Positions 39,044 to 49,340 of a stretch of DNA of 64,000 nucleotides are shown here, in pieces. The translations under genes were made by a program, and so were the position numbers. Source of the DNA: Chthoniobacter sp. (GTDB taxonomy: Bacteria; Verrucomicrobiota; Verrucomicrobiia; Chthoniobacterales; Chthoniobacteraceae); assembly GCF_040003245.1 (NCBI RefSeq), contig NZ_JBDUCX010000002.1:1519-65518 (forward strand), written 5' to 3'. Each line of letters starts with the position of its first letter. Within the stretch, counting starts at the first letter, position 1. The notes under the pieces are model-generated. The model was given only the letters and a program-made list of their open reading frames with translations. It searched no databases and had not been told where the DNA came from.

Positions 39044-39979
39044 ATGCCGTCACCCGCTTTGTCCGATCAGGTTTCCGTCGTCATCCCGGCTTACAATTAC
39101 GCGCAGTTCCTCCCCGAGGCGATCGCCTCGGTGCTCGCGCAGACCTGGAAACATTTTGAGCTCATCGTGGTCGATGATGGTTCGACCGATGACACGCCCG
39201 ACGTCTGCGCGCGCTGCACCGATCCGCGCGTTCGGACCGTGCGTCAGCCCAATGCCGGTCTCTCCGCCGCGCGCAACACCGGCATCCGCGAAGCCCGCTT
39301 TGCCCACGTGGCCTTTCTCGACGCGGACGATCGTTGGGAGCCCGGGTTTCTCACCGCGGTATTTCGGGAATTTCACCGTCTCGGGCCGGCCTTCGCCGCC
39401 GTCGGCACGGCCTGCTCGCGAATGAATGCCAGCGGCGATCCGCTCCCGCCTCCCCGGCAGAACTTCCTGCACACCGGCGAACTCACGGCCGCCTCTTTCT
39501 GCCTGCGCAACCGTCCACTTTCCTCGTCGATCGTCCTCCGGCGGGAAGTTTTCGCCGAATGCGGCCCCTTCGATACCGCGCTGCGCAGCTCCGAGGACCG
39601 CGACATGTGGATCCGCGTTGCCGCCCGCGGGCATCGTTTCCACTACCTCGGCGAGCCGCTCGCGGTCATTCGCCGGCATCCGCAAAACATGAGCAAGAAT
39701 GCACCGCGCATGAAACACAATTCCGGTCTCGTGTTGCGCCGGGCGTGGCGCTCCGGGGCCGTCGCGCGCTGGCATTTCCCCTTCTGGCTGCGCGCCGCTT
39801 CCATCCACTATTTCCTCGTGGCCTGGACTCATTTCGACGATGGGCTGCGGGCGCGCGCGTGGATGTATCTGCTCACTTCCGTCCTCCTTTGGCCCGTTTT
39901 CCTCCGCGCGCACCGCGTCGCGGAACCGCCGCTCTTTCGCCTGCGGGCCGCGGCCCATTTCCTGCACGCTCACTCGTGA
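39044..39979 (+). CDS. Glycosyltransferase family 2
   Basis: VVIPAYN, VDDGSTD, NAGLSAARN, FLDADD, EDRDMW. Confidence 0.9.
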   Translation: MPSPALSDQVSVVIPAYNYAQFLPEAIASVLAQTWKHFELIVVDDGSTDDTPDVCARCTDPRVRTVRQPNAGLSAARNTGIREARFAHVAFLDADDRWEPGFLTAVFREFHRLGPAFAAVGTACSRMNASGDPLPPPRQNFLHTGELTAASFCLRNRPLSSSIVLRREVFAECGPFDTALRSSEDRDMWIRVAARGHRFHYLGEPLAVIRRHPQNMSKNAPRMKHNSGLVLRRAWRSGAVARWHFPFWLRAASIHYFLVAWTHFDDGLRARAWMYLLTSVLLWPVFLRAHRVAEPPLFRLRAAAHFLHAHS

Positions 39980-41079
39980 AAATTCTCCACGTCGTCAATT
40001 CGCTCGATCCCGGCGGAATGGAAAATGGGGTCGTCAACCTGGCCCGTGGGCTCGAATCGCGGGGCTTCGAAACGCACGTCGCCTGCCTCGAGCGCCGCGG
40101 GGTCTTCTCCGGGCGGCTTCCCGCCTCCAGCAAGGTCCTGCTGCTCGGCAAGAGCGGTGGCTTCTCCCCGGGCGCCGCCTGGCGCCTGGCCCGCGCGATC
40201 ACGCAACTTCGACCCGACGTCATCCACAGTCACAATCTCGGCCCGCTGATCTACAGCGGCCTGGCGACGGCCGGGGGGCGCCGCTGCCCGTGGCTACAAG
40301 GGGAGCACAGCCAGCTCACCGCAGAGGAGCGCCTGCCCCGTCGCCTGCGGCAACGTCGCTGGCTCTATCGCGGCTGCCACACCATCCACACCGTCTCCAC
40401 GGCTATGCGCGAGGAATTGGTCGCGTGCGGCTTTCCCGCCCAAAAGATCGTGGCCATCGCCAATGGGGTGGATACCGGGCGCTTTGCCCCGGGCGGTCGG
40501 ATCGCCGCCCGCGCCGCACTGGGAGTGCCGCCGGATGCCCTGTGCATCGGCATCGTCGGTCGATTCGGCCCCTTTAAGCGCCACCGGCAGTTGATTGAGG
40601 CCTTCGAGCAAATCGTCCCTCGATTGCCTCGGGCGCGCTTGCTCATCGCCGGCGGCGGGGGCAGCGAGGAAGCCGCCGTCCACCAGCGCGTGCAAGCGAG
40701 TTCCTTTCGCCCGCTGATTCATCTGGCCGGATTTCAAAACGAACCCCGCGCCTGTTATCAAGCCATGGACCTGTTGGTCGTCCCCTCCATCAATGAAGGG
40801 CTTTCCAACGCCGCCCTCGAGGCCATGGCTTGCGGCGTGCCCGCTCTCGTCCGCTCCGGGTGCGGCCACGAACAGATCATCACCCACGGCCACGATGGCT
40901 GGATCGCCGGCCTGGACTCCTCCGCGGACCTGGCCGGGAGCCTCGCCGAAATCCTCGCTGAACCCATCCGTCTCGTTGACTTCGGTCGAAACGCGCGGAA
41001 GAAAGTGACTTCGCACTTTTCCCTCGAGTCGATGATCACCTCCTACGAACATCTTTACCGCGCCTCCGCACCGCGCTGA
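39976..41079 (+). CDS. Glycosyltransferase family 4
   Basis: GTG start at 39976 (MKILHVVNSLDPGGMENG), NGVD, K.H, EGLSNAALEAMACG. Confidence 0.9.
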   Translation: MKILHVVNSLDPGGMENGVVNLARGLESRGFETHVACLERRGVFSGRLPASSKVLLLGKSGGFSPGAAWRLARAITQLRPDVIHSHNLGPLIYSGLATAGGRRCPWLQGEHSQLTAEERLPRRLRQRRWLYRGCHTIHTVSTAMREELVACGFPAQKIVAIANGVDTGRFAPGGRIAARAALGVPPDALCIGIVGRFGPFKRHRQLIEAFEQIVPRLPRARLLIAGGGGSEEAAVHQRVQASSFRPLIHLAGFQNEPRACYQAMDLLVVPSINEGLSNAALEAMACGVPALVRSGCGHEQIITHGHDGWIAGLDSSADLAGSLAEILAEPIRLVDFGRNARKKVTSHFSLESMITSYEHLYRASAPR

Positions 41080-42596
41080 TGGATCTCGTCATCGTCATCC
41101 TCTTTCTCTGCCTCTACTACCTGCGCCCGCAGGAGTGGTCCGGCATGTTCTCGACGATCCATTTCGTCCAGATCGTCATGCTCTCCGGCGTCGCCGCGCT
41201 CTTCTTGCGGGAGCAGAGCTATCGGCCCCGGGACATGTTCCGCACCCCTCATGATTGGGCGGTCTTCGGCTTCTGGGCGTGGCTCGTCCTCTCGGCGGTG
41301 CATCCTTGGGATACCTTCAAGGACAACGCCAACCTCTACATTTTCTACCTCGTGATCGTCCAGATCCTGACCTCGGTGCCGCGCATGAAAATCTTCGTCG
41401 CCTGGTGGACGATGCTCATCGTGACGGTCGCCCTGCTGGCCCTGGCGAGCACGTGGGGTTTCGATCCCCTCGACAGCTTGGAAATGACGAACGGCGTGAT
41501 GAAGGGCCGCCTGGTCCTGAACCTTTCGATCTTCAATAATCCCAATGCCTTGGGGCACAGCGTGGTTCCGGCCATCCCGATGCTCTACTACTATCTCGTC
41601 TGGAAGCGGCCGGTCGCGTCGCGCATCCTGGGCTTCGCGTTGCTGGCGATCCCGCTCTATTGCATCTATTTGACGGTCTCGAAGGGCGCGTTCCTCTGCG
41701 CCGGCATCACGTCGATCGCCACCATGGCCTTCGGCCGTCCTAAAAGCGTCCAGGTCGCCATTGGCGTGGCGGCAGTGCTGTTCGGCACCACCGCTCTCTT
41801 CATGCTCCCGCGCATGAATGAGCTCAACAACTCCAAGAGCGACGCCGCCATTCAAGGGCGCGTCCTCGCCTTCAAGCACGGCTATGGCATCCTCCAGACG
41901 AAATTCCGGGGCATCGGCAAAGGCGAATGGGGCAAGGATGCCTTCATCACCGATTACGTGCGCCGGCCCGCGCCGGCCAGGAAAAGCAGTGAAGGCACCG
42001 CGCCCCATTTCGTCATGAAACCGGTTCGCCACGGCAAGGCGCCGCACTCCACCTACGTTTGCATCGGCGCGGAACTCGGGAAGCCGGGCCTCTATTTGAT
42101 GATGGCGGTGCTCTTTTATTGCTTGAAGACGACCATGACCGCGAAGACCCAGACGCCCGACGAAGAACGCATCAGGCGCATGCTGTTCGTCCTCGTCGTC
42201 TCTTATATTGTTTCGTCCTGGATGGTGGATTTTGAATATCGGCCGACCTTCTTCATGTTTGCTGCCGCCATCGCCGCCCTGCATCGCCACCTCATGGGCA
42301 TGCTCACCGAGAAGGAGGAGGAGTCCGGCGAAGAGCCTGTCCTCGAAACCTACGTCCCGGTCTGGCAAAGCCCGCAATTGCTCCCCCAGCCGGCGATGGC
42401 CTCGGCGCTGCCGGATTCCCGGTTGGCCCGGCAGGTTTTTTCGCCGGAGCCGGAACCGGGCGGGGCGTCGGTCTCCACCTCGCCGAAGATGTTGGGGATC
42501 GACTGGAATCGGATCGGCTGGATCGACGGCGTGATGATTTTCTTCCTCACTTGGGGCGTCATCCGGTTCTGGGCCTATATCATGGATCGCATGTAG
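41079..42596 (+). CDS. Wzy-like polymerase (O-antigen ligase family membrane protein)
   Basis: Polytopic; FNNPNALG, TVSKGAF, GR..AF, HSTYV..GAELG.PG. Confidence 0.7.
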   Translation: MDLVIVILFLCLYYLRPQEWSGMFSTIHFVQIVMLSGVAALFLREQSYRPRDMFRTPHDWAVFGFWAWLVLSAVHPWDTFKDNANLYIFYLVIVQILTSVPRMKIFVAWWTMLIVTVALLALASTWGFDPLDSLEMTNGVMKGRLVLNLSIFNNPNALGHSVVPAIPMLYYYLVWKRPVASRILGFALLAIPLYCIYLTVSKGAFLCAGITSIATMAFGRPKSVQVAIGVAAVLFGTTALFMLPRMNELNNSKSDAAIQGRVLAFKHGYGILQTKFRGIGKGEWGKDAFITDYVRRPAPARKSSEGTAPHFVMKPVRHGKAPHSTYVCIGAELGKPGLYLMMAVLFYCLKTTMTAKTQTPDEERIRRMLFVLVVSYIVSSWMVDFEYRPTFFMFAAAIAALHRHLMGMLTEKEEESGEEPVLETYVPVWQSPQLLPQPAMASALPDSRLARQVFSPEPEPGGASVSTSPKMLGIDWNRIGWIDGVMIFFLTWGVIRFWAYIMDRM

Positions 42597-42612
42597 CGCC
42601 GGGCTCTTTGCC

Positions 42613-43749
42613 ATGCTGTTTCACTATGGGACGGTGCTCACTTTTTGGATCTCCTGCGGTCTGCTCGTTTATACTTTCTGTGGCTACGGCTGGTTGATTT
42701 CCGCCCTCGCCCGCTGGCGGCCGCAAGCCCTTTCTTCGCCCGACGCCGCGGGGTCTCCACCCTCGGTGGGTGTCGTGCTCGTCGCCTGCAATGAGGAAAC
42801 GCCCATCGTCGAGCGCCTCCGCAATCTCCTCACTTCGCGATATCCGCCCGAAAAGCTGCAGGTCCTCCTGGTCTCCGACGGTTCCACCGATGCCACTGTC
42901 GCCCAGGCGCGCACCATCGGCGATGCGCGTCTCGAAATCATCGAATGCCCGGACCGCGCCGGCAAAGCGGCCGGCCTGAATCTCGCCTTGTCCGGCTGTA
43001 CCGCGGAAATCGTCATCTTCACCGACGCCCGCCAGCGTTTCGACCCGGAAGCCATCGCCCGCCTCGCCGCGCATTTCGCTGATCCCGCCATCGGGGCGGT
43101 CAGCGGTGAACTGGAGATTGCCTCCGCCGCCAGCGTCACGGGTTCCGGGGTCGATGCCTACTGGCGTTACGAGCGATCCCTGCGCGCCGCGGAATCGCGC
43201 TTCGATTCCTGCATTGGCTGCACCGGCGCCATCTACGCGCTGCGCCGCAGTTTGTTCGTTCCCATTCCCGAGGACACGCTGCTCGACGACGTCGTCATTC
43301 CCCTGCAAGCCGCCGTCCAGGGCGCGCGTGTCATCCACGACTCCACCGCTCTCGCGCACGACCCGCGCCCTCTCGAGCCCAAGGCCGAACTCCGTCGCAA
43401 GCAGCGCACGCTCGCCGGTGGGTTTCAAATGGCCTTCCGCTATCCGCAATGGCTGGCCCCGGGAAAGAACCGCCTGTGGTGGCAGCTCCTTTCTCACAAG
43501 TACCTCCGCCTCTTGGGACCGTTCTTTCTGGTCGCGGCTTTCCTCTCCAACTTTGAACTCCGCGGCTCCTTTTTCTACGACCTCAGCCTCGCCGCTCAAG
43601 TCGCCCTCTACATTTTCGCCGGGCTCGGCATGGCGGGTTGGCGCACCCGCCTCGGCACCCTCGCCTCGGGCTTCGTCTTCCTCAATGCCATGACCGTCAT
43701 GGGCCTCATTTACTACACCACCCGCAACGCCCAACGCGGCTGGCGTTAA
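42613..43749 (+). CDS. Glycosyltransferase family 2 (CESA/IcaA-like) with TM segments
   Basis: ACNEE, SDGSTD, GKAAGLN, FTDAR, GAIYALRR, DD, R..RT..G. Confidence 0.88.
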   Translation: MLFHYGTVLTFWISCGLLVYTFCGYGWLISALARWRPQALSSPDAAGSPPSVGVVLVACNEETPIVERLRNLLTSRYPPEKLQVLLVSDGSTDATVAQARTIGDARLEIIECPDRAGKAAGLNLALSGCTAEIVIFTDARQRFDPEAIARLAAHFADPAIGAVSGELEIASAASVTGSGVDAYWRYERSLRAAESRFDSCIGCTGAIYALRRSLFVPIPEDTLLDDVVIPLQAAVQGARVIHDSTALAHDPRPLEPKAELRRKQRTLAGGFQMAFRYPQWLAPGKNRLWWQLLSHKYLRLLGPFFLVAAFLSNFELRGSFFYDLSLAAQVALYIFAGLGMAGWRTRLGTLASGFVFLNAMTVMGLIYYTTRNAQRGWR

Positions 43750-43770
43750 AGGCAGAGCCTTCTCCTCCCT

Positions 43771-43812
43771 GCGTCCTCCGCGCCTCTGCGTCTCTGCGTC
43801 TCTGCGGTTAAA
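43771..43812. repeat. Short periodic repeat (CTCTGCGT)n, one arm of a REP-like element
   Basis: GCGTCCTCCGCGCCTCTGCGTCTCTGCGTCTCTGCGGTTAAA between convergent genes; similar to 11305-11330. Confidence 0.7.
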
Positions 43813-43849
43813 TCCCCATCCCGTCATTCGCCAGATTCGGCGACGCTGT

Positions 43850-45529
43850 CTATTGGCCCGCTCTCGGAAAATAGGGCACCGGCTGCGGATCAGCCCTATC
43901 CGGCTCCACCACCCAAACCGTGCGGCCGGTGTAATAATCGATGACCTGCTGATCCGTCTCCGCGGTCATCTCTCGCGACCAAAGAACCTTCGTCTGCTGC
44001 AAATCCGCGCCGTTGAAAACCCATTCCCGATTGGGATTGTGGCCGGCTGAATAGCGCATGAAGACCAACTGCTTGCCGGGCAATCCTTCGAGCTTGGCCA
44101 GCACCCGTGCCCGGTCGCGAAACCATCCCTCGGCATTCTTGCTCAACAACCGGCTCCAGACCACCGGGACAGTGAGGACGCAGAGCAGGCACAGCCAGCG
44201 GACGAAGGCCTTCCCCGTGCCGTGCTCCTGCCGCCAGAGGCATAGTTGCCGCAGTCCCTCGACCACGACAAAGATGTAGAGCGCCACTCCCGGTCCGGCG
44301 TAGTGGGGAAAGATGCCGGGGCCAATCAGCAACCCCAGAAAAAGGCCGCCCAGGCACACGATGGCGACTCGCAGCCAACGGTCCCGCCGCGCGCGCCAGG
44401 GCAGAGCGATCAACGGCGGAATCCACAAGCCCATCCACAGCCAGCCTTGCGCCTGGGCGCCGAACTTGAGCAGCAGGTTGCCGATCAAGCTCTTCTTCGA
44501 CCCCATCAAATCCACCTCCGAGTCCGTGTGAAACTCCCGGATCTCGCGGTGTCGATAGACTGGTTCGGGGCGAAACGACTGCCCGAGGAAGATCGGCGCC
44601 ACCATGTACTCCTTCACGTGCACGGCGTAAGGCATCTCCGTCGGTTGGCCGGTCACGCGGTAGTTGTAGAATCCCACGCCGGCCACGATGACGACCGCGG
44701 AAAGCACGAGGGGAAACCCGCATTGGCGAACCGTCTTCCACACCGCCTCACGTCCGGCTTGGACGATCAAGAAGGCACCCGCTCCGACGACAAAAACGCT
44801 CGTGACCAGTCCCTCGTAGGGCCGGCTATTGGCCAGGATCAACAGGCCCGCGCCCAGCGTCCACGCTCCTTCCCGTGACGTCTCGACAATCCTCCGCATG
44901 CCCCTCGCCAGCAACGCGCCCCCGATCGTCGCCACCGCCCCGCCGCAGTAATTGTAGCCCCACGTGATCATCTGCGGATGCAGCGCCACGAGCAGGCCGC
45001 CGAGCAGCGCCCAGCGCGGCGGCAGCCACGCTTGCAACATCCAGCACACCGCCGCGGCGGCCAGACCGAGACCGAGCCACACCCCGAGGATCGGATGCCC
45101 GAGAAGTTGCCCCGCCGCCAGCAGCGCGCCCTGCCCCGGCGGATACTTGGAATTGTAGGTCGGACGCAGGATGATGTGGATGCTCTCGAAGTGCTCCCAA
45201 AACGGCGGCGTGGGATTGGTCAGCCGCCCATGCGCAAACGTATCCGCCGCCAGCAAGTAGCTGAATTCATCGTGGATCTTCGGCGCGGGCATGCGGATCA
45301 AGCCTGGCACCGCGCCGGCGATCAGACCGACGACGCCGACCAACAACACCGCCAACCGCGGTCGATCGGCCACCCGTGCGAAGAGCGCCTCCACCCGGCT
45401 GAAAAATCCACGACCCCAACCCGGCCGAAAAAAAGCGGCCAGGAGCAGCAGCGGAAGCAGGAGGTAGAACTTAAACTCGGAAGAGAACACCGGGAGAATC
45501 GCGACGCTGACAGAATGCCATTCTCCCAT
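43850..45529 (-). CDS. Polytopic membrane protein, probable GT-C fold
   Basis: [13 protein letters not shown] first loop, [16 protein letters not shown]; start uncertain (ATG 45529 chosen, ORF open to 45700); antisense to the surrounding cluster. Confidence 0.6.
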   Translation of the reverse strand: MGEWHSVSVAILPVFSSEFKFYLLLPLLLLAAFFRPGWGRGFFSRVEALFARVADRPRLAVLLVGVVGLIAGAVPGLIRMPAPKIHDEFSYLLAADTFAHGRLTNPTPPFWEHFESIHIILRPTYNSKYPPGQGALLAAGQLLGHPILGVWLGLGLAAAAVCWMLQAWLPPRWALLGGLLVALHPQMITWGYNYCGGAVATIGGALLARGMRRIVETSREGAWTLGAGLLILANSRPYEGLVTSVFVVGAGAFLIVQAGREAVWKTVRQCGFPLVLSAVVIVAGVGFYNYRVTGQPTEMPYAVHVKEYMVAPIFLGQSFRPEPVYRHREIREFHTDSEVDLMGSKKSLIGNLLLKFGAQAQGWLWMGLWIPPLIALPWRARRDRWLRVAIVCLGGLFLGLLIGPGIFPHYAGPGVALYIFVVVEGLRQLCLWRQEHGTGKAFVRWLCLLCVLTVPVVWSRLLSKNAEGWFRDRARVLAKLEGLPGKQLVFMRYSAGHNPNREWVFNGADLQQTKVLWSREMTAETDQQVIDYYTGRTVWVVEPDRADPQPVPYFPRAGQ

Positions 45530-45742
45530 ACACGCCAAAATGAATCCCAGCGCTTTTCTCCGGGTGCGGGCACGCGCGAAACGCTCCCAAGGACTCAGGA
45601 ATAGGCCCCGGCACGCAAAAGAAATTGCAACCGCTTCGACGATCAGTATCACTGCCGTGTCTTCGATGTTGCCCCCCCTCACCACGAACCAAGCCGCCAT
45701 TCAAGATCCCGTCCCAGTCGGCGGGGCAATGCGGCCCCGTGC

Positions 45743-46867
45743 ATGATCCGGGCGCTCGACATCTGGCTTCCCGCCTGGCGCGGCCGGCAGAAGTACGTGC
45801 AGCATACTCTGGGCACGCGCCACGTGATGCTGGCGGTCTGCGATCACTTCGAGCCGTTTCATGGCGTGGGAAAACCGGAGGCACTGGCGCGCGTGGAAAC
45901 CTGGCAGCGCGAATTTCCGAAGCTCGCCGGGGAATTCCGGGACGCGGACGGCGTGGCGCCGAAGCACACTTTTTTCTATCCGATCGAGCAATACGACCGC
46001 GACGTCGTCCAGGGCATCGCCGACGTCTGCGCGGCCACTGGGAGCGAAACGGAAGTCCACCTGCACCACGAAAACGACACCGCCGAAAACATGCGGCGCA
46101 CGCTGGAGCAAGGCGTCGAGCGGCTCTCCAGCCATGGCCTCCTGTCGCGCGACCAGGCCGGAACCTTGCGCTATGGCTTCGTTCACGGCAACTGGGCGCT
46201 CGACAACTCCCATCCCGAGGGCCGCCACTGCGGCGTGCGCAACGAACTCCGCGTGCTCCGGCAGACCGGCTGCTATGCGGACTTCACCATGCCCTGCGCG
46301 CCGGAGCGCATGCAGACGCGCATCATCAACAGCGTCTACTATGCGCGCGGCACGGATCAGCCCAAGTCCCACGATCAGGGCCGGCGGGTCGTGGCGGATC
46401 GCGCCGTGCCCGACCGGCACGAGGATGAATTGCTCATGGTGCAAGGTCCGCTCGCCTTGAACTGGCAGCGCAAGAAATTCGGCCTCCTCCCGCGCGTCGA
46501 GAACAGCGATCTGACCGCCGCCAACCCTCCCACTATCGAACGCCTGCGCCTGTGGCTCGATTGCCAGGTGGCCGTGGAAGCCCGCCCGAATTGGGTCTTC
46601 GTCAAATTGCACACCCACGGCGCCAAACCCGAGAACACCCGCATGCTGCTCGGCGAGCCGATGCGCGCTTTTCACCGGGCCCTGGCCAACCTGACGGCGA
46701 AAGATCCGCACATCTGCATCCACTACGTGACCGCCCGCGAGCTCGTGAACATCCTGCACGCCGCGGAGGCGGGCCACTCCGGGCATCCCGGCCAGTTTCG
46801 CGACTTCCGCTACCGGCGCGTGACCTCCGGCGAAACTGAGGGCAGCATGGCGGACACACGCCATTGA
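45743..46867 (+). CDS. Uncharacterised deacetylase/hydrolase-like protein (NodB-like Asp/His motifs)
   Basis: VCDHFEP, EVHLHH, FVHGNWALDN, GCYADFT, VKLHTHG, HYVTARE. Confidence 0.55.
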   Translation: MIRALDIWLPAWRGRQKYVQHTLGTRHVMLAVCDHFEPFHGVGKPEALARVETWQREFPKLAGEFRDADGVAPKHTFFYPIEQYDRDVVQGIADVCAATGSETEVHLHHENDTAENMRRTLEQGVERLSSHGLLSRDQAGTLRYGFVHGNWALDNSHPEGRHCGVRNELRVLRQTGCYADFTMPCAPERMQTRIINSVYYARGTDQPKSHDQGRRVVADRAVPDRHEDELLMVQGPLALNWQRKKFGLLPRVENSDLTAANPPTIERLRLWLDCQVAVEARPNWVFVKLHTHGAKPENTRMLLGEPMRAFHRALANLTAKDPHICIHYVTARELVNILHAAEAGHSGHPGQFRDFRYRRVTSGETEGSMADTRH

Positions 46868-48012
46868 AGCTGCTCTTCGTCTCGAATCTTTTCCCCGACA
46901 CCGCCGAGCCCTATCGCGGACTCGACAACGCCACCTTGCTCCATCATCTCGCGGATCGCTGGGACATCCGTGCGCTGGCCGTGCGGCCGTCGTTGCTTCC
47001 CCGCAGGTGGCAGCCGCGTGAGCAGGACGCAAAATTCGCGCCGCAGTACATCGCCACGCCTTACATCCCGAAGATTGGCAGTTGCTGGAACCACCGGATC
47101 ATGGCGCATACGCTGCGCGGCCATCTGCAGGGAATTCGCCAACAGTTTTCCTTCGATGTCGTCCTCAGCTCGTGGATTTTTCCCGATAGCTGCGCCATCG
47201 CCGAGCTGGCCCGGGAATTGGATTTCCCATTCATCGCCATCGCCCAAGGGTCGGACGTCCACCAATACCTGCAAATGCCGGCCCGCCGGGAGATCATCAC
47301 CCGACTGCTCCCCCGCGCCGCCGCCGTGATCACGCGCAGCGGCGAACTGGCCCGCCTGCTGGCCCACGCCGGCCTGCCCCGCGAGCGCCTGCATCCCATC
47401 TACAACGGCGTGGACCTTGATCTCTTCCGACCGGCCGACAAAGCCGCCGCGCGGCGCGAGCTCGATCTCCCACCCGACGCCCCGCTGATCCTCTTCGTTG
47501 GTAATTTCTACGAAATAAAAAACCCGCTGCTTCCGCCCCTTGCCCTGGCCAATCTGTCATCGGTCTCCTTCCCGATTCCGCCCGTGCTTGTCATGGTCGG
47601 CGGCGGCGGATTGGAGCAGCGCGTGCGCGAACTTGCGGGCCGCCTCCCCGTCCGCGAACGCGTGATCCTGCCCGGCCGCACCGATGCCGCCGGGGTCGCC
47701 CGTTACATGCAGGCCGCGGACGTCCTTTGCCTGCCCAGCCAAAACGAGGGCGTCCCCAACGTCATCCTGGAAGCCTTCGCCTGCGGACTGCCGGTCATTG
47801 CCAGCCGGGTCGGCGGGATTCCGGAAGTGCATCCCGGGGACGATTTCGGGCGCCTCGTGGCGACTACGGAACCCGCGGCCTTCGCCACCGCTTTTCAGGA
47901 AGTCCTGCTCTCCCCCCCTTCGGCGGAACGGATTCGCCAACACGCCCTGCAATTCTCGTGGCAGCGCACCGCCACCGCCTGCCATGAACTGCTGATGCAG
48001 GCCCGTCGATGA
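46864..48012 (+). CDS. Glycosyltransferase family 4 (TuaC-like)
   Basis: SNLFP, QGSDV, NGVD, FVGN..EIK, EGVPNVILEAFACG. Confidence 0.9.
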   Translation: MKLLFVSNLFPDTAEPYRGLDNATLLHHLADRWDIRALAVRPSLLPRRWQPREQDAKFAPQYIATPYIPKIGSCWNHRIMAHTLRGHLQGIRQQFSFDVVLSSWIFPDSCAIAELARELDFPFIAIAQGSDVHQYLQMPARREIITRLLPRAAAVITRSGELARLLAHAGLPRERLHPIYNGVDLDLFRPADKAAARRELDLPPDAPLILFVGNFYEIKNPLLPPLALANLSSVSFPIPPVLVMVGGGGLEQRVRELAGRLPVRERVILPGRTDAAGVARYMQAADVLCLPSQNEGVPNVILEAFACGLPVIASRVGGIPEVHPGDDFGRLVATTEPAAFATAFQEVLLSPPSAERIRQHALQFSWQRTATACHELLMQARR

Positions 48013-49166
48013 ACATCCTCTTCCATTTCCGCACCCAGGGCACCGGCGCCGAAGGGGTGCACATCGCCGGGATGGCCGGCGCCTTCCGACGCCTCGGCCA
48101 CAGCGTGGTCTTTTCCAGCCCTTCGTCGATCGACCCCTCGGCCACCGCGGGCGAAAACCCCTTTCTCCCCCGCCAACGCAGCCTCCTGGCGCGGCTCGCG
48201 GCCCATGCGCCGGCCGTCCTCTTCGAACTGCTCGAGATCGCTTACAACGCCCTGGCCGGCGTCCGCCTCGGCGCATTGCTCCGACGCGAACACTTCGACC
48301 TCATCTACGAGCGCCACGCCTTCTTCCTCTGCATCACCGCCTTTCTCGCGCAGCGCCACCGAGTGCCTCTGGTCGTCGAGGTCAACGAATTGGCCGGCGA
48401 TGAGCGCGTCCGGGCCGATCCCTGGCTTCTGCCCCTCGCCCGGTTGGCCGACCGCTTCACGTTTCAGCGCGCCCGCCTCATCGTCGTCGTGTCGCCCCAC
48501 CTCCAGCGCCGCATCGAGGCCATGGGCATCCGCAAGGAGAAGATCCTCGTCCTGCCCAACGCCATCGACGAGGAAACCCTCCACGTGCTTCCCGACGGCA
48601 CATCGATCCGCCGCCGCTACCAGTGTGAAAGCGCGGTCGTCGTCGGCTTCGCCGGATGGTTCGTCCCGTGGCATCGGCTCGATGTTCTGGTCGCTGAGTT
48701 CGCAGCCCTGGCCCCTGGGAAAGCGGAGCTGCGCCTGATGCTGGTGGGCGACGGGACATTGCGAGTGAACCTCGAAGCCCAAGCCTCCGCGCTCGGAATC
48801 CGCGATCGGCTCATCCTTCCGGGCGCCGTCCCGCACGCCGAAATGCCCGATTACCTGGCCGCCATGGATATCTGCGTCATTCCGCACAGCAACGCCTACC
48901 GCTCGCCGATCAAGCTCTTCGAATACATGGCTGGTGCCCGCGCGATCGTAGCGCCCTGCACGGAGCCCATTGCACTGGTCCTTCGCGACGGCGAAAACGG
49001 TCTGCTGTTCGACCCCTCAAACGACGGCGCTCTCCGCATCCAACTCGCCGCCCTCGTCGACAGTCCCGCATTTCGCTCCCGGTTGGGCCAGCAGGCCCGC
49101 GAAGACGTCTGCCAAAAACATACTTGGACGCAAAATGCACGGGAATTGCTATTAAGGCTCGGATGA
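48009..49166 (+). CDS. Glycosyltransferase family 4
   Basis: EVN, PNAID, GFAGWF.PWH, SPIKLFEYMA. Confidence 0.9.
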   Translation: MNILFHFRTQGTGAEGVHIAGMAGAFRRLGHSVVFSSPSSIDPSATAGENPFLPRQRSLLARLAAHAPAVLFELLEIAYNALAGVRLGALLRREHFDLIYERHAFFLCITAFLAQRHRVPLVVEVNELAGDERVRADPWLLPLARLADRFTFQRARLIVVVSPHLQRRIEAMGIRKEKILVLPNAIDEETLHVLPDGTSIRRRYQCESAVVVGFAGWFVPWHRLDVLVAEFAALAPGKAELRLMLVGDGTLRVNLEAQASALGIRDRLILPGAVPHAEMPDYLAAMDICVIPHSNAYRSPIKLFEYMAGARAIVAPCTEPIALVLRDGENGLLFDPSNDGALRIQLAALVDSPAFRSRLGQQAREDVCQKHTWTQNARELLLRLG

Positions 49167-49340
49167 GTTCAAAACCCCTGTCATCCGCCTTTTCTCGGAA
49201 GGACTTCTCCGCAAATCCCCGTAGTGAAATGCCTTGCAAAGCCGCCCGCTCCAGACCAAACTTGGCGCACGCTGATATAAACTTATTAGCGACATTCTAA
49301 GAACCGCCGAAATGCCCCATCTCTTCCAGAGACATTTTCG

